DNA from: an uncultured Actinomycetota bacterium
Lineage (GTDB): Bacteria; Actinomycetota; Actinomycetes; JAHEKZ01
Assembly: GCA_963829525.1 (NCBI GenBank)
Contig: CAWHIJ010000003.1
Coordinates: 2,240,001-2,304,000 of the forward strand
Length of the DNA: 64,000 bases
Reading direction: 5' to 3'
Below are positions 21,917-32,962 of the stretch, piece by piece; the first letter of the stretch is position 1, and each line of letters begins with the position of its first letter. A model generated the notes under the pieces. The model worked only from the letters and a program-made list of their open reading frames with translations. It made no database searches and was not told the DNA's origin. A program made the translations under genes and the position numbers.

Positions 21917-24900
21917 TCAAGCAGACTCGGCCTCGCGCAGCCGCTGGCTGATGACCGCGCTCACTCCGTCGCCGCGCATGGAAACGCCGTAGAGCGCGTC
22001 GGCTACCTCCATGGTGCGCTTCTGGTGGGTGATCACGATCAGCTGGCTGTTCTCGCGAAGCTCCTCGTAGATATCGAGGAGACGGCCAAGGTTGGTGTCG
22101 TCGAGCGCCGCCTCGACCTCGTCCAGGACATAGAACGGGCTCGGCCTCGCCTTGAAGAGTGCGATGAGGAAGGCAACTGCCGTCAGCGACCGCTCACCAC
22201 CGGAAAGCAACGAGAGCCGCTTGATCTTCTTGCCTGGAGGTCGTGCCTCGATGTCGACACCGGTCGAGAGCATGTCCGACGGGTTGGTGAGTACGAGCTG
22301 TCCCTCGCCTCCGGGGAAGAGTCTGGCGAAGACGTCGACGAACTCGCGCGCGACGTCGTGGTACGCCTCGGTGAAGACCTGCTCGACGCGCTGGTCGACC
22401 TCGCGAACGATCTCGTAGAGGTCGCGTTTGGTCTTCTTGAGGTCTTCAAGCTGCTCGGTGAGGAACTGGTGACGCTCCTCCATCGCGGAGAACTCCTCGA
22501 GCGCTAACGGGTTGACCTTGCCCAGGATGGCAAGGTTCCGCTCGGCGGCCCTGAGCCGCTTCTCCTGCTCGGCGCGGACGTACCGAATGGGCTCCCGAGG
22601 CGGGTCGGGCTCTTCTTCGCCCGGGGCCAGCAGCACTGGTGGCACGAGCTGGTCAGGTCCGTACTCGGCGATCAGCGCGTCGACGTCGACCCCGAACTCT
22701 TCCATGGCTCGAGCCTCGATCTGCTCGATCCGAAGACGTTGCTCGGTGCGGGCCACTTCATCACGGTGGACGGAGTCGGTCAGCTGCTCGAGCTCGCCGG
22801 CGATTGATCGCGAACGCGCACGGACATCGAGGAGTTCGGCCTCCAAGACGGTCCGGCCGTGCTCGGCCGCCGCGCGGGCTTCGGTGGCCAAATGTAGGGA
22901 GCGGTCCAGCCTGCTGCCGACGATGTCGCAGGCGCGAAGTACTGCCCTGGCGACCTCCGCTTCGCGCGCCGCTCTCTCGGCGAGCTGACGAGCCTCTTCG
23001 CGTGCCGTGCGCTCATCCTGAGCTGCGCGGTCGAGTTGGTCGGCGCGCCCGTGCAGAGCTCTGGCTCGCTCCTCGCCGGTGCGCACGGCGAGCCTGGCCT
23101 CGGTCTCAGATTCGCGGGCAACAATGAGTCCGGCCGCATACTGGTCACGCAATCCGGTGTCCGGCTCCCCGACGTCCGGCGCGTCCTCGGCGGCGGTGAG
23201 TCGGCCCTCGAGCTCGTGGAGCGTGGCCTGCGCCTCGTCATGTCGCTGCACCGCTGAGGCGATGGCCGACTTCAGCCGGTCGGCCTCGGCTGCTGCCGAG
23301 CGGGCGGCCGAGCCGAGGTGCCCGAGTTGCTCGGCGACCGCCGACAGGCGTGCGTCAGACTCGTGCAGCCGGGCAAGAGTGCCGTCGACCCGCTGCTGGG
23401 CTTCCTGCTCGGCCGCCGTGCTCTGGGTGAGTGAGAACCGAAGCCGCTCACTGCGGTGGGTCGTCGCGACGAGCTGCTCCTTCGCCTCGTCGACCGCAGC
23501 CTGAACCTCCAGGAGACTCGGCGCGTGTGATGAACCGCCTTGGGCGAACGCAGCTCCGAGCAGATCGCCGTCACGGGTGGCGGCGGTGACCGACGGCTCA
23601 GCCGCGACCAACGACCGCGCCTCGCCCAGACCATCGACAACGGCAACGCGCTCCAGGAGGAGCCGCAAGGCGGGCCGTACCTGCTCGGGCGCCTGGACCA
23701 GGTCGACGGCGTAGGTGGCATAGCCGGGTAGTGACGGCCATCCAACCGATCCATAACGCTCACCCCCACCGACCAAAATTCCGGCGCGGCCAGCGTCGTC
23801 GCGCTTGAGCTGTGTCATGGCGGCAACTGCAGCGTCGAGCGAGTCGACGGCGACAGCATCGGCGGCCGCGCCAAGGGCGGCCGCGACCGCAGCTTCTGCC
23901 CCCGGCTCAATGGTGAGGATCGCCGCAACGGATCCGAGCAGGCCCGAGACGGTGTCGGTCGCAGCGAGCAGTGCCGCCGAACCATCCTTGCGGTCCAAGC
24001 CCATCTCCAGAGCCTCTACCCGGGCGACAAGACCCACCCGCTCCTGCTCAGCGGCACGCTCCTCCTCGCGCAGGGCGGCAACTCGCTCCTGCGCCTGGGC
24101 GAGCGCTTGCGATGCCCCTTCAAACTCGCTGTCAAGGTCGACCTCACCTTCGTCGAGCCCAGCGATCTGTGACTCAAGGCTGGTGAACTCCTGCTGGGCC
24201 GTACGCGCACGCGCTCCTCGGCGTCGGCCATGGTCGCGTTCAGCCGCTCCTGCTCGGCAGCCGCACTTTGAACGGTGGTCCGCGCCGCGCCCACCTTCCC
24301 GACCAGCCGTGCCATGCCCTCGCGGCGGTCGGCGATCGCCATGAGCTGCTCGGCGATCTGCGCCTCCTCGGTGGCCAGCGCACGCTCGGCCTCCAGCCGG
24401 TGCTGCTCGGCCACGGTCAACGTCACACGGTCCTGCGCCACCGTCGACTCAAGAGCCGTTTCCTGCTCGCGGATCTCGCGCGCTTCCGCCTCCATGTCCT
24501 CTGGCTCACGACCCGAGGTGCGGTGCGTCGGCACATCTGCGGCGAAACGGACCCGCTCAGATGCCAACGAGGCGAGTCCTCTGAATCTGTCACGAAGCCC
24601 GGAGAGTCGGAACCAAATCTCCTGCGCATTGGTAAGTGCCGGGAGCGTCGCAGCCACGGCACCCTCGAGCTCGATCTCGCGCTGCTGCGACAACGCGAGA
24701 GCCGCCTCCGCCTCAGCACGCAGCTTGAGGAGAGCGTTTTCGTCGGCAACCTCCTGCTCAAGGGCCAACCGGAACCCCGATAGATCATCGGAGAGCAGAC
24801 GAAGCCTGGCATCGCGCACGTCAGCCTGAATCACGCTGGCACGCTTGGCGACCTCAGCCTGCCGACCCAACGGCTTGAGCTGGCGTCGCAGCTCGGACGT

Positions 24901-25482
24901 GAGGTCGGTGAGCCGAACGAGATTTGCTTCCATGGCGTCAAGCTTTCGCAGCGCCTTTTCTTTGCGCTTGCGGTGCTTGAGGACGCCCGCCGCTTCCTCG
25001 ATGAAGCCCCGGCGGTCCTCTGGCGTGGCCGACAGAACGGAGTCCAGCTGGCCCTGTCCCACGATGACGTGCATCTCGCGGCCGATTCCGGAGTCGGAGA
25101 GCAGCTCTTGAACATCAAGGAGCCGGCAAGGCTCCCCGTTGATCGCGTACTCAGAGCCGCCATTGCGGAACATCGTTCTGGCAATCGTCACCTCGGCGTA
25201 GTCGATCGGCAGGGCGCCGTCGGTGTTGTCGATGGTGAGCACAACCTCGGCGCGTCCCAGCGGAGGTCGTCCCGAGGTGCCCGCGAAGATGACGTCTTCC
25301 ATCTTGCCGCCGCGAAGCGACTTTGCGCCCTGCTCACCCATCACCCACGAGAGCGCGTCGACGACGTTGGACTTGCCTGACCCGTTAGGTCCGACGACAC
25401 AGGTGATTCCCGGTTCGAAGCGGAGGGTCGTTGCCGACGCGAACGACTTGAAGCCGCGGAGCGTGAGGGTCTTGAGGTACAC
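21917..25482 (-). CDS. smc: chromosome segregation protein SMC (apparent frameshift near 24200)
   Basis: GPNGSGKSN Walker A; LSGGE signature and LDEVEAALD. Confidence 0.96.
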
Positions 25483-25795
25483 CGGCTGTTACTCCTGCGG
25501 TGTCGGCCCAAGTGCCGGGACCCCGTACGCAGAGCGCGGGCCCTCCCAGGACAAGGGTGGGGCGGACCGATGCAACTTGCGCCACACCGGCAGTGACCCG
25601 GCACGGTGGGGAATGCCTGTGCCAGTCGAAAGCAAGCGAGTCAGATTGAGCAGGTTGGATTCGAAGCCATTGGAAGAGACGAACGGGCGCCCTGAGCCTA
25701 CCCAGCGAACCTGTCACCTTGACACCGGACGCGCGGACACCGCGAAACAGGTTGGAGCAGACCCGATGGCAGAGCGACAGGCAAGTGCCGTTGCG

Positions 25796-26017
25796 TTAGG
25801 CGAGAGCCGGAGCAGAGCGCTCGGGCAGCGGAGCATCCAGCGTGATGATCTCCTCGGCGAGCGAACCACCGATCGAGTCAGGCAGAAGGGCCTGGTTCTC
25901 GGCGGTCAGCCGGTCGACCTCGGACTGCAGCTCGGCCACCCGGCGACGCAACCGCGCCACCTCGGACAAGAGTCGTGGGTCAGGACCGCCGATGTGGCCA
26001 AGAATCGCCTTCGCCAT
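25796..26017 (-). CDS. small coiled-coil hypothetical protein
   Basis: MAKAILGHIGGPDPRLLSEVARLRRRVAELQSEVDRLTAEN; AAAGGGG SD; resembles proteins found before smc in actinomycetes. Confidence 0.8.
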   Translation of the reverse strand: MAKAILGHIGGPDPRLLSEVARLRRRVAELQSEVDRLTAENQALLPDSIGGSLAEEIITLDAPLPERSAPALA

Positions 26018-26211
26018 TTCTGGGAAGCCCCTTTCCTCGTCATGCGCGGCAAGTACCGAGAACCTGGTGGTCTCTCGACACGTCCGAGCGCAGCTCTGGC
26101 TGTCTGCTGGTCTCCGGTGCTGGTGGCCGGGCTCCTAGCCCGTGCAGATGATTCACCTGCGCACCACACCGCCCCTTCAGGGTGACATCCCGGTGTCGAA
26201 CAGGTCAAGAA

Positions 26212-26231
26212 GCGGTCACGATCGTGACCGC
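26212..26231. repeat. perfect 20-bp palindrome (mutM terminator or operator)
   Basis: GCGGTCACGATCGTGACCGC. Confidence 0.6.
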
Positions 26232-26259
26232 AGACCGCCTGTCACATCACCCGATCGGG

Positions 26260-27195
26260 CTAGTCCAATGGGGTGCTCGCACAGCTGACGGCTCTAGGTA
26301 CCGCAGCGGAACGGGGCCGCGGAGGCCGCTGGCATCGCTGGCACACGAACGAGGATCGATTCTGAAAGTGCAGTCGTCGAATCGAGGCCCCGCAGCGCAG
26401 GCAGGCCTGGTCCTGCCGCCCGTAGACCGCCAACGAACGCTCGAAGTAGCCACTCTGGCCGTTGACGTTGACATACAGGGCATCGAAGGAGGTGCCCCCC
26501 TGCTCGAGCGCCTCTGCCATCACCTCCTTCGCCGCATCCAGCACTGAGGCGACCGCCTGCCTCGACAGCCCATGGGCCGAGCGCGCCGGATGTACGCGGG
26601 CCCTCCACAATGCCTCGTCCGCGTAGATGTTGCCGATCCCCGACACCACCGACTGGTCGAGGAGCACCCGCTTGATCTCAGAGTGACGCCGCCGCATCTT
26701 CGCCACCACCCGCCCTAGCTCGAAACTCGGTTCGAAAGGGTCGGCCCCGATGTGAACCAGCGAACTTGGCACCGCCCGAAGTCCGGCGGCGTCAGGTCCC
26801 AGGTGGTCCCACGCCAGACCGCCAAAGGTGCGCTGGTCCAGGAACGAGAGCCAGCGGCCGTCGTCGAGCTGAGCGTCGAACCGAAGGTGCGGGTGGTCGC
26901 TGAGGTCCTCGTCACTGACGCGGAACTGGCCGCTCATTCCGAGGTGGGCGACGAGAACATCACACACGGGAGCCGATGCCTCCCCCTCGGCGACCAAGCA
27001 AACCCACAGATACTTGCCGCGCCGCTCAACGCTGGCGCAGGTGCGGCCGGCCAACCGCGCACACAGATCGGCGCCCCCTGCCTGGTGGCGCCTGGCCACC
27101 CGGGGGTGGTGAGCGTGCGCGCTGACAATCGTGCGTCCGGCGAGGTGGCCGGCCAAGCCCCGTCGGACCGTTTCGACTTCGGGAAGCTCAGGCAC
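26260..27195 (-). CDS. mutM: formamidopyrimidine-DNA glycosylase
   Basis: PELPEVE start, [16 protein letters not shown]-terminal zinc finger. Confidence 0.96.
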   Translation of the reverse strand: MPELPEVETVRRGLAGHLAGRTIVSAHAHHPRVARRHQAGGADLCARLAGRTCASVERRGKYLWVCLVAEGEASAPVCDVLVAHLGMSGQFRVSDEDLSDHPHLRFDAQLDDGRWLSFLDQRTFGGLAWDHLGPDAAGLRAVPSSLVHIGADPFEPSFELGRVVAKMRRRHSEIKRVLLDQSVVSGIGNIYADEALWRARVHPARSAHGLSRQAVASVLDAAKEVMAEALEQGGTSFDALYVNVNGQSGYFERSLAVYGRQDQACLRCGASIRRLHFQNRSSFVCQRCQRPPRPRSAAVPRAVSCASTPLD

Positions 27196-27949
27196 GTGAC
27201 TCGTTGGCCCCTGGCGAGTCTCCGGGGCGCGCAGCTGCATCCCCTGGCCTGCCCGCCAGCGACTCCCAGGTGGCGGCCGCCGCCTCCTGCTCAGCCTCTT
27301 TCTTGGAGTGACCGCGACCACTTCCGTGCGGGCCGTCGCGGAGTACGACGGTGGCGACGAACGATTTCGCGTGATCTGGGCCAGACTCAGTGATCCGGTA
27401 CTCCGGAACCCCGAGCTCGAGGGTGGCGGTCAGCTCTTGAAGGCTGGTCTTCCAGTCGAGTCCAGCCCCAAGGTGCGGAGCTCGGTCCAGCAGTGGGTCA
27501 AAGAGCCGGTGGACGACCAGCGCGGCAACCTCGTCACCACGGTCGACGTAGACAGCCCCGATCAGCGCCTCCAAGCCGTCGGCCAGGATCGAGGCCTTGT
27601 CACGACCGCCGGTCGCTTCCTCGCCCTTTCCGAGCCGGAGGTGTTGGCCAAGACCGATGGCGCGCGCCACTTCGGCCAGGGCACGCATGTTCACGACCGC
27701 GGAGCGCAGCTTTGCTAGCTGGCCCTCGGGAAGGTCGGGATGGCTGAGGTAGAGGCTTTCGGTGACGACCAGGCCGAGGACTGAGTCGCCGAGGAACTCC
27801 AGGCGCTCGTTGGTCGGCAGTCCACCGTTCTCGTAAGCGTACGAACGATGGGTCAGCGCCTGATCGAGCATCTGCGGCGCGAGCTCGACATCCAGGGCGG
27901 TCAGCAAGGGGTGCGGACCGGGCAGGGAACCCGATTCTGGGGTGGTCAT
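27188..27949 (-). CDS. rnc: ribonuclease III
   Basis: [12 protein letters not shown]; ds[11 protein letters not shown]. Confidence 0.97.
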   Translation of the reverse strand: MTTPESGSLPGPHPLLTALDVELAPQMLDQALTHRSYAYENGGLPTNERLEFLGDSVLGLVVTESLYLSHPDLPEGQLAKLRSAVVNMRALAEVARAIGLGQHLRLGKGEEATGGRDKASILADGLEALIGAVYVDRGDEVAALVVHRLFDPLLDRAPHLGAGLDWKTSLQELTATLELGVPEYRITESGPDHAKSFVATVVLRDGPHGSGRGHSKKEAEQEAAAATWESLAGRPGDAAARPGDSPGANESRA

Positions 27950-27962
27950 GGGTGCTGACCGG

Positions 27963-28136
27963 TCAGACAGCGGTGACCTGTCGCTTGTTGTAGGTACCGC
28001 ATGTCGGGCATGCGATGTGCGGCAGCTTGGGCTCGCGACAGCGATCGCACGCGACGATCGTTGGGCGACTGGCCTTCCAGTTGGCCCGTCGCGAACGGGT
28101 GTTGGAGCGCGATGTCTTCCGCTTCGGGACGGCCAC
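27963..28136 (-). CDS. rpmF: 50S ribosomal protein L32 (Zn-ribbon form)
   Basis: Manual translation [21 protein letters not shown]...CDRC...[10 protein letters not shown], 57 aa, missing from the ORF track. Confidence 0.95.
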   Translation of the reverse strand: MAVPKRKTSRSNTRSRRANWKASRPTIVACDRCREPKLPHIACPTCGTYNKRQVTAV

Positions 28137-28156
28137 AGCGATGCCCTTCTAGTCCT

Positions 28157-28720
28157 CTAGGACGCGCTAGGCGCGTCTGGTGCGTTCGAGTCCTGCCGAT
28201 GCAGGCCCCCCAGGGCGGCCCATCGAGGGTCGACCTGGTCGTGCTGGTGCTCCGGGTCATCGTTCAGCCGAGCGCCGCACATGGCGCAAAGGCCGAGACA
28301 GTCGTCCTGGCACACCGGTTGCAGGGGCAGGGCGAGCACCACGGCGTCCCGCAGAACTGGCCGGAAGTCGACGAGCTCGTCCTCCACCTGCGTGATCTCT
28401 TCCGCATCCGCAGCCGCGGTGTCGGGGTAGGCGAAGAGCTCCTGGATGTCGAGGTCTAGATCGAAAACCAAAGGATCTAGACACCGCACACACTCACCAC
28501 TTGCCTGTGTCCGACAGGTGCCGGACACCAGCACCCCCTCGATCACCGACTCGAGCCGCAACTGCAGCTCGATCGGGGCACCTTCAGGGACACCAACCAC
28601 GTCCGTGCCGAGTCCGGGCGGCGCATCGAGCGTGCGACTCACCTCAACCATTGCCCCTGGGCGCCTCGCCACCGCTTGGGTGTCGAGAACCAACAGGTCA
28701 CGCGGGTTGAGGCGAGACAC
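28157..28720 (-). CDS. YceD/DUF177 family protein
   Basis: CVRCL and CQDDCLGLCAMCG, DPRWAAL; upstream of rpmF. Confidence 0.92.
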   Translation of the reverse strand: MSRLNPRDLLVLDTQAVARRPGAMVEVSRTLDAPPGLGTDVVGVPEGAPIELQLRLESVIEGVLVSGTCRTQASGECVRCLDPLVFDLDLDIQELFAYPDTAAADAEEITQVEDELVDFRPVLRDAVVLALPLQPVCQDDCLGLCAMCGARLNDDPEHQHDQVDPRWAALGGLHRQDSNAPDAPSAS

Positions 28721-28928
28721 GAGCGGTGTTCTCCTGGCGCACACCGCTCAGCTCGCCAGGTGGCGAGGTGTTAGGCGTGCCCTTGGGCAGTCCGGACCAC
28801 GGCCTCGGGGACGAGACCGCTGTCTAGGGTAGCCGAGCACGACCACCGCCCCAAACCGGCATCGGCCCCCTCCCTGCCTGGATGCTGGCCCGGATGCTGG
28901 GGGTGGCAGGTTGTGTGCGGCACCGGGC

Positions 28929-29483
28929 TCAGCGCTGAGCCGGATGATCTGAGTCCTTGCCGTCCTGATCGCTTTCACCGTCGGCCCCGTGCCCTTCATC
29001 GAAGTCGGGCAGCGAGATCCCGGAGAGCTCCTCGACGGCCCGGCGGCCTGCGATCTTGTCCCGGCCTCGCGCCACGGCTTCAAGCGTCTTGGTCAGCACC
29101 AGTTCGAAGTTGGCGAGCTTGGCATCGATGTAGTCGTCGATCTCGCGCCGCATCCGCTCGGCCTCGGCCTCGGCGCCCGCGATGATTCGGCCGGCTTCAC
29201 GCTCGGCCTGAGCCTGCACCTCGGTCTGGGACACCAGGCGCATCTTCTCCTGGTGGGCGCCGGCAATGATCTCCTCGCCCTGCAGCCGCGCCTGGGCGCG
29301 AACGCCTTCGGCGTCAGCCAGGAGCGCGTCAGCCCTGGTCAGGTCCGATGGCAGTTGGCGTCGCACCTGGTCGAGCAAGGCGAGGACGTCAGCCCGGTTG
29401 ACCATGCATGACGCCGACATGGGGACAGCGCGAGCGCTCTCGATGACCTCACCGAGCTCGTCGAGCTTGTCGTGGATCTCCAC
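28929..29483 (-). CDS. SepIVA-like (DivIVA-related) coiled-coil protein
   Basis: ARAVPMSASCMVNR, DDYIDAKLANFE; between coaD and yceD. Confidence 0.8.
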   Translation of the reverse strand: MEIHDKLDELGEVIESARAVPMSASCMVNRADVLALLDQVRRQLPSDLTRADALLADAEGVRAQARLQGEEIIAGAHQEKMRLVSQTEVQAQAEREAGRIIAGAEAEAERMRREIDDYIDAKLANFELVLTKTLEAVARGRDKIAGRRAVEELSGISLPDFDEGHGADGESDQDGKDSDHPAQR

Positions 29484-29563
29484 GAGACCTCCTGGGGTCG
29501 AAGCGGACCGGGGGGTGCTGCTGATGCGAAGTCTGGATTAGGCGGGTGGTCGACCAGGAGTCC

Positions 29564-30055
29564 TCATGGAAGTGGGTCCGGCGGTGTCAGCGCCGCCACG
29601 AGCGGGGCGAGCACTGGTGGGGGCACCAAGCCCTCGACGTCACCACCGAAGGCGACGACCTCTTTGATGAGAGTCGATGACAGGAACGAGTAAAGCGGGT
29701 TGGTCGCCACGAAGAGCGTGTCGACCTCGGTGAGCCGGTGGTTCATTTGTGCCATCTGCAGCTCGTAGTCGAAGTCGCCGACTGCACGCAGTCCCTTGAC
29801 GATCGCACGGGCGCCTCTTGCCTGGCAGTAGTCCACGAGCAGCCCTGAAAACGTCTCGATCGTGATGTTGTGGAGGTGGTCCAGCGACTGCGTCAAGAGG
29901 TCGATGCGGGTATCGACCTCGAACAACCCACGCTTGTTGGGGTTGACCATCACCCCGACGAAGACCCGGTCGGCAAGCTTGGAGGCGCGCTCGATGATGT
30001 CCACGTGTCCGTTTGTGACCGGGTCAAATGACCCGGGGCACACGACGCTCAGCAC
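29564..30055 (-). CDS. coaD: pantetheine-phosphate adenylyltransferase
   Basis: PGSFDPVTNGH, KGLR..DFDYELQMA. Confidence 0.97.
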   Translation of the reverse strand: MLSVVCPGSFDPVTNGHVDIIERASKLADRVFVGVMVNPNKRGLFEVDTRIDLLTQSLDHLHNITIETFSGLLVDYCQARGARAIVKGLRAVGDFDYELQMAQMNHRLTEVDTLFVATNPLYSFLSSTLIKEVVAFGGDVEGLVPPPVLAPLVAALTPPDPLP

Positions 30056-30078
30056 GTCGCGACGCTATCACTGGGCGC

Positions 30079-30678
30079 TCAGTCGCTCGCGAGGCCGGCG
30101 ATCCACAGATGCGCCTCGCCATAGGCGCGGTCGCGGATTGCCTGAAAGCCCGGCGGCCAGGTCCAAACCGGGTCGCGGCGGCCTCGCTCCACGACCACGA
30201 CTGCGCCGTCCGCAAGCAGCTGGTGCCGCCTCAGTCTCTCCAGCACTGAGCTCACCACTGAAGCAGCCACAGAGTACGGCGGGTCGCAGAAGACGACGTC
30301 GTAACCCGGGCCACGGTGGCTCATGGTGATCCACCGCTCGACGGTGATCGCGTGCACGTGCGCCCTGCCCCCTGCGGACGAGCCGGTTCCCGAATGCACG
30401 CCAGCGCTGACCGCCGATCTGTTGGCCTCGATCACCTCGACCGCTTGGCGGTCTGACTCGACGAGGTCGACGTGGGAAGCACCCCGGGAGAGTGCCTCCA
30501 GACCAAGCGCACCCGATCCCGCATACAGGTCGAGAACAACTGCACCGGAGAAGGGGCCGCGCACCGACTCAAGACTGGAGAAGACCGCCTCGCGTGCCCG
30601 ATCGGAGGTGGGGCGGGTCCCGGCACCGGGGACCGCGAGCCGCCGACCTCTGGCACTGCCTCCGATGATTCTTGTCAC
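30079..30678 (-). CDS. rsmD: 16S rRNA m2G966 methyltransferase
   Basis: TRIIGG, TRPTSDR, DLYAGSGALG, DPPY. Confidence 0.95.
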   Translation of the reverse strand: MTRIIGGSARGRRLAVPGAGTRPTSDRAREAVFSSLESVRGPFSGAVVLDLYAGSGALGLEALSRGASHVDLVESDRQAVEVIEANRSAVSAGVHSGTGSSAGGRAHVHAITVERWITMSHRGPGYDVVFCDPPYSVAASVVSSVLERLRRHQLLADGAVVVVERGRRDPVWTWPPGFQAIRDRAYGEAHLWIAGLASD

Positions 30679-30680
30679 GC

Positions 30681-30753
30681 ACTCTCCAGGTACGTCATGG
30701 CTTCTCCAGGTACGTCATGGCTTCTCCAGGTACGTCATGACTTCTCCAGGTAC
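30681..30753 (-). repeat. 20-bp tandem repeat (about 3.6 units) encoding overlapping mini-ORFs
   Basis: Unit cttctccaggtacgtcatgg repeated between recG and rsmD. Confidence 0.95.
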
Positions 30754-32939
30754 TCGGCCTGCTCATCAGACTCGAGGATGGTGACAGCGGCCTCCAGGTC
30801 TGGGTAGGAGGTGAGCGATGCGTCGTCAGCGACCAGTGAGACCGCGTCATCCCTGGCAGCAACGATGATCTTCTCGTCGGAGACAGCTCGCAGCACCTTC
30901 AGACTCGACCGGACCCCCGACTGGGCTGCGCCAAGCACGTCGCCCTCCCGGCGTTGCTCGAGGTCTATCCGAGCCAGCACGAATCCGTCGCTGGTTCCGG
31001 CAACCGCTTCAAGCCGCTCGCGAGCCGGACTCTGGTCGGGCAGCTCGGTGACCAGGAGACAGAGGCCGGCGACGTCACCTCGACCCACACGACCACGGAT
31101 CTGGTGCAGCTGCGAGATACCAAACCGATCAGCGTCCATGACCACCATGACGCTGGCGTTGGGGACGTCGACACCGACCTCAATCACGGTGGTGGCGACC
31201 AGGACGTCGATCTCGCCGGCGGCGAAACTCGACATCACCGCCTCCTTGACCTCAGACGGAAGCTGTCCGTGCAGGACGCCCACGCGGCAGTCGGCCAGCG
31301 GACCGTCAGCAAGGAATCGAGCGAGGGCGAGCACCGAATGCTGTTCTGGCACAGCGGGCTCTCCAGGCGCAGCACCACCGGGCCCGTCGAGGTCGTCACC
31401 GATCCTCGGGCAGACGACATAGGCCTGCCGCCCCTTGCCGACCTCCTCGGTGATCCGCTCCCAGGCGCGGTCGAGGTACCTCGGCCGATCCGCGGCCGGA
31501 ACCACGTGGGTACTGATCTGCTGGCGGCCCTGGGGTAGCTCGGTCAACGTCGAGACGTCGAGGTCGCCAAAGATCGTCATGGCAACGGTCCGCGGAATCG
31601 GAGTTGCCGTCATCACAAGCACATGTGGCGGAGTCTCGGCCTTGGCACGCAGAGCCTCGCGCTGCTCGACCCCGAAGCGGTGCTGCTCGTCGATGACGAC
31701 CAGCCCGAGGTCAAAGAAGTCCACATGCTCCTGCAGCAGCGCATGGGTACCGACCACGATCCCTGCCTCGCCCGACGCGACGTCGAGCAAGGAGGCTCGA
31801 CGCTGCGCAGTGGGTTGGCTTCCGGTCAGCAGCCGGACACGAGTTGCTTGAGGGGGTGAGCCGAGCAGACCACCGTCGGCCAAGGGCCCCAGCATCGCCG
31901 TCATCGTGCGGAAGTGCTGCTGGGCCAACACCTCAGTCGGAGCCAGCAGAGCCGCCTGGCCACCGGCGTCGACAACGCTGACCATGGCCCGTAGCGCGAC
32001 AACCGTCTTGCCTGAGCCGACCTCGCCCTGCAGCAACCGGTGCATCGGATGCGTCTGGGCAAGATCGCCGGCGATCTCTTCGTTGACCTCGCATTGACCT
32101 GCGGTAAGAGCGAATGGAAGGCGGGCGTCGAACGCGGTGAGCAGCCCGCCGTCGAGAGGTACCCGCGGCGTGGCCGCAGTCTCGGCGAGCACCGCTCGTC
32201 TTCTGGCGAGGACAGTCTGAAGCACGAGCGCCTCGTCGTACGCCAGCCGCCGACGCGCGGCGTTCACCTCGTCCATCGAACGCGGGCGGTGCAGCGTTCG
32301 ATAAGCCTCAGTGCGAGACATCAGTCCCTCGCGCGCCGTGACCGCTGGCGGCGTCAGCTCGGGCAGTTCGGGCATGGTGTCGAGCAGGACGGAGACGGCC
32401 TTCTGGATGCGCCAGGTGGGCAGCTGTGCCGTCGCCGGGTAGATCGGGATCAGGAAGCCGGTGAACGCGGCAAGGGTGCGCAAGTCACGCTCGATGTCAC
32501 CGTCTGCGCCGAAGTCGTCGGTCGCACCGAAGATGACGTAGTCAGGGTGGGTAAGTTGTCGGCGTCCCGCGCGAACGTCAACCGTGCCCGCGAAGAGACC
32601 TCGCATGCCCACCTGCAGCTGACGCTCGCGCCATGGCTGGTTGAAGAAGGTCAGCGACAACTTCTGTTTTCCGTCCGTGACGATGACTTCGCAGATTGTT
32701 CCTTTGCGCTGCCGCATGCGGCGCGATGACACCGCTGCAACCTGAGCCAAGACCGTCGCCTGCTCCCCCACCTGCAGGCGTCCGATGTCGGAGAGCTGCC
32801 CGTGTTCGCCATAACGTCGAGGCAGATGGTCGAGGAGGTCACCCACTGTCTGCAGATCCATGGCACCGAAAGCCTTGGCGGTGGCGCCGCCGACCACGCC
32901 CCGCAGTGGCTGGCGCAGCCAATCGGCGGAGTCGGTCAT
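30735..32939 (-). CDS. recG: ATP-dependent DNA helicase RecG
   Basis: QGEVGSGKT, DEQHRFG, MTATPIPRT, QIRGRVGRG. Confidence 0.97.
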   Translation of the reverse strand: MTDSADWLRQPLRGVVGGATAKAFGAMDLQTVGDLLDHLPRRYGEHGQLSDIGRLQVGEQATVLAQVAAVSSRRMRQRKGTICEVIVTDGKQKLSLTFFNQPWRERQLQVGMRGLFAGTVDVRAGRRQLTHPDYVIFGATDDFGADGDIERDLRTLAAFTGFLIPIYPATAQLPTWRIQKAVSVLLDTMPELPELTPPAVTAREGLMSRTEAYRTLHRPRSMDEVNAARRRLAYDEALVLQTVLARRRAVLAETAATPRVPLDGGLLTAFDARLPFALTAGQCEVNEEIAGDLAQTHPMHRLLQGEVGSGKTVVALRAMVSVVDAGGQAALLAPTEVLAQQHFRTMTAMLGPLADGGLLGSPPQATRVRLLTGSQPTAQRRASLLDVASGEAGIVVGTHALLQEHVDFFDLGLVVIDEQHRFGVEQREALRAKAETPPHVLVMTATPIPRTVAMTIFGDLDVSTLTELPQGRQQISTHVVPAADRPRYLDRAWERITEEVGKGRQAYVVCPRIGDDLDGPGGAAPGEPAVPEQHSVLALARFLADGPLADCRVGVLHGQLPSEVKEAVMSSFAAGEIDVLVATTVIEVGVDVPNASVMVVMDADRFGISQLHQIRGRVGRGDVAGLCLLVTELPDQSPARERLEAVAGTSDGFVLARIDLEQRREGDVLGAAQSGVRSSLKVLRAVSDEKIIVAARDDAVSLVADDASLTSYPDLEAAVTILESDEQAEYLEKS

Positions 32940-32962
32940 GACGGCGTCACCGAACCTTCATG

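Noticed and set aside
29538-29567. Mini-ORF MRTPGRPPA* overlapping the coaD stop
   Set aside because: Ends in TAA without linking to the next gene
30681-30753. Tandem 20-bp repeat as a CRISPR array
   Set aside because: Units are contiguous with no spacers, and no cas genes are nearby
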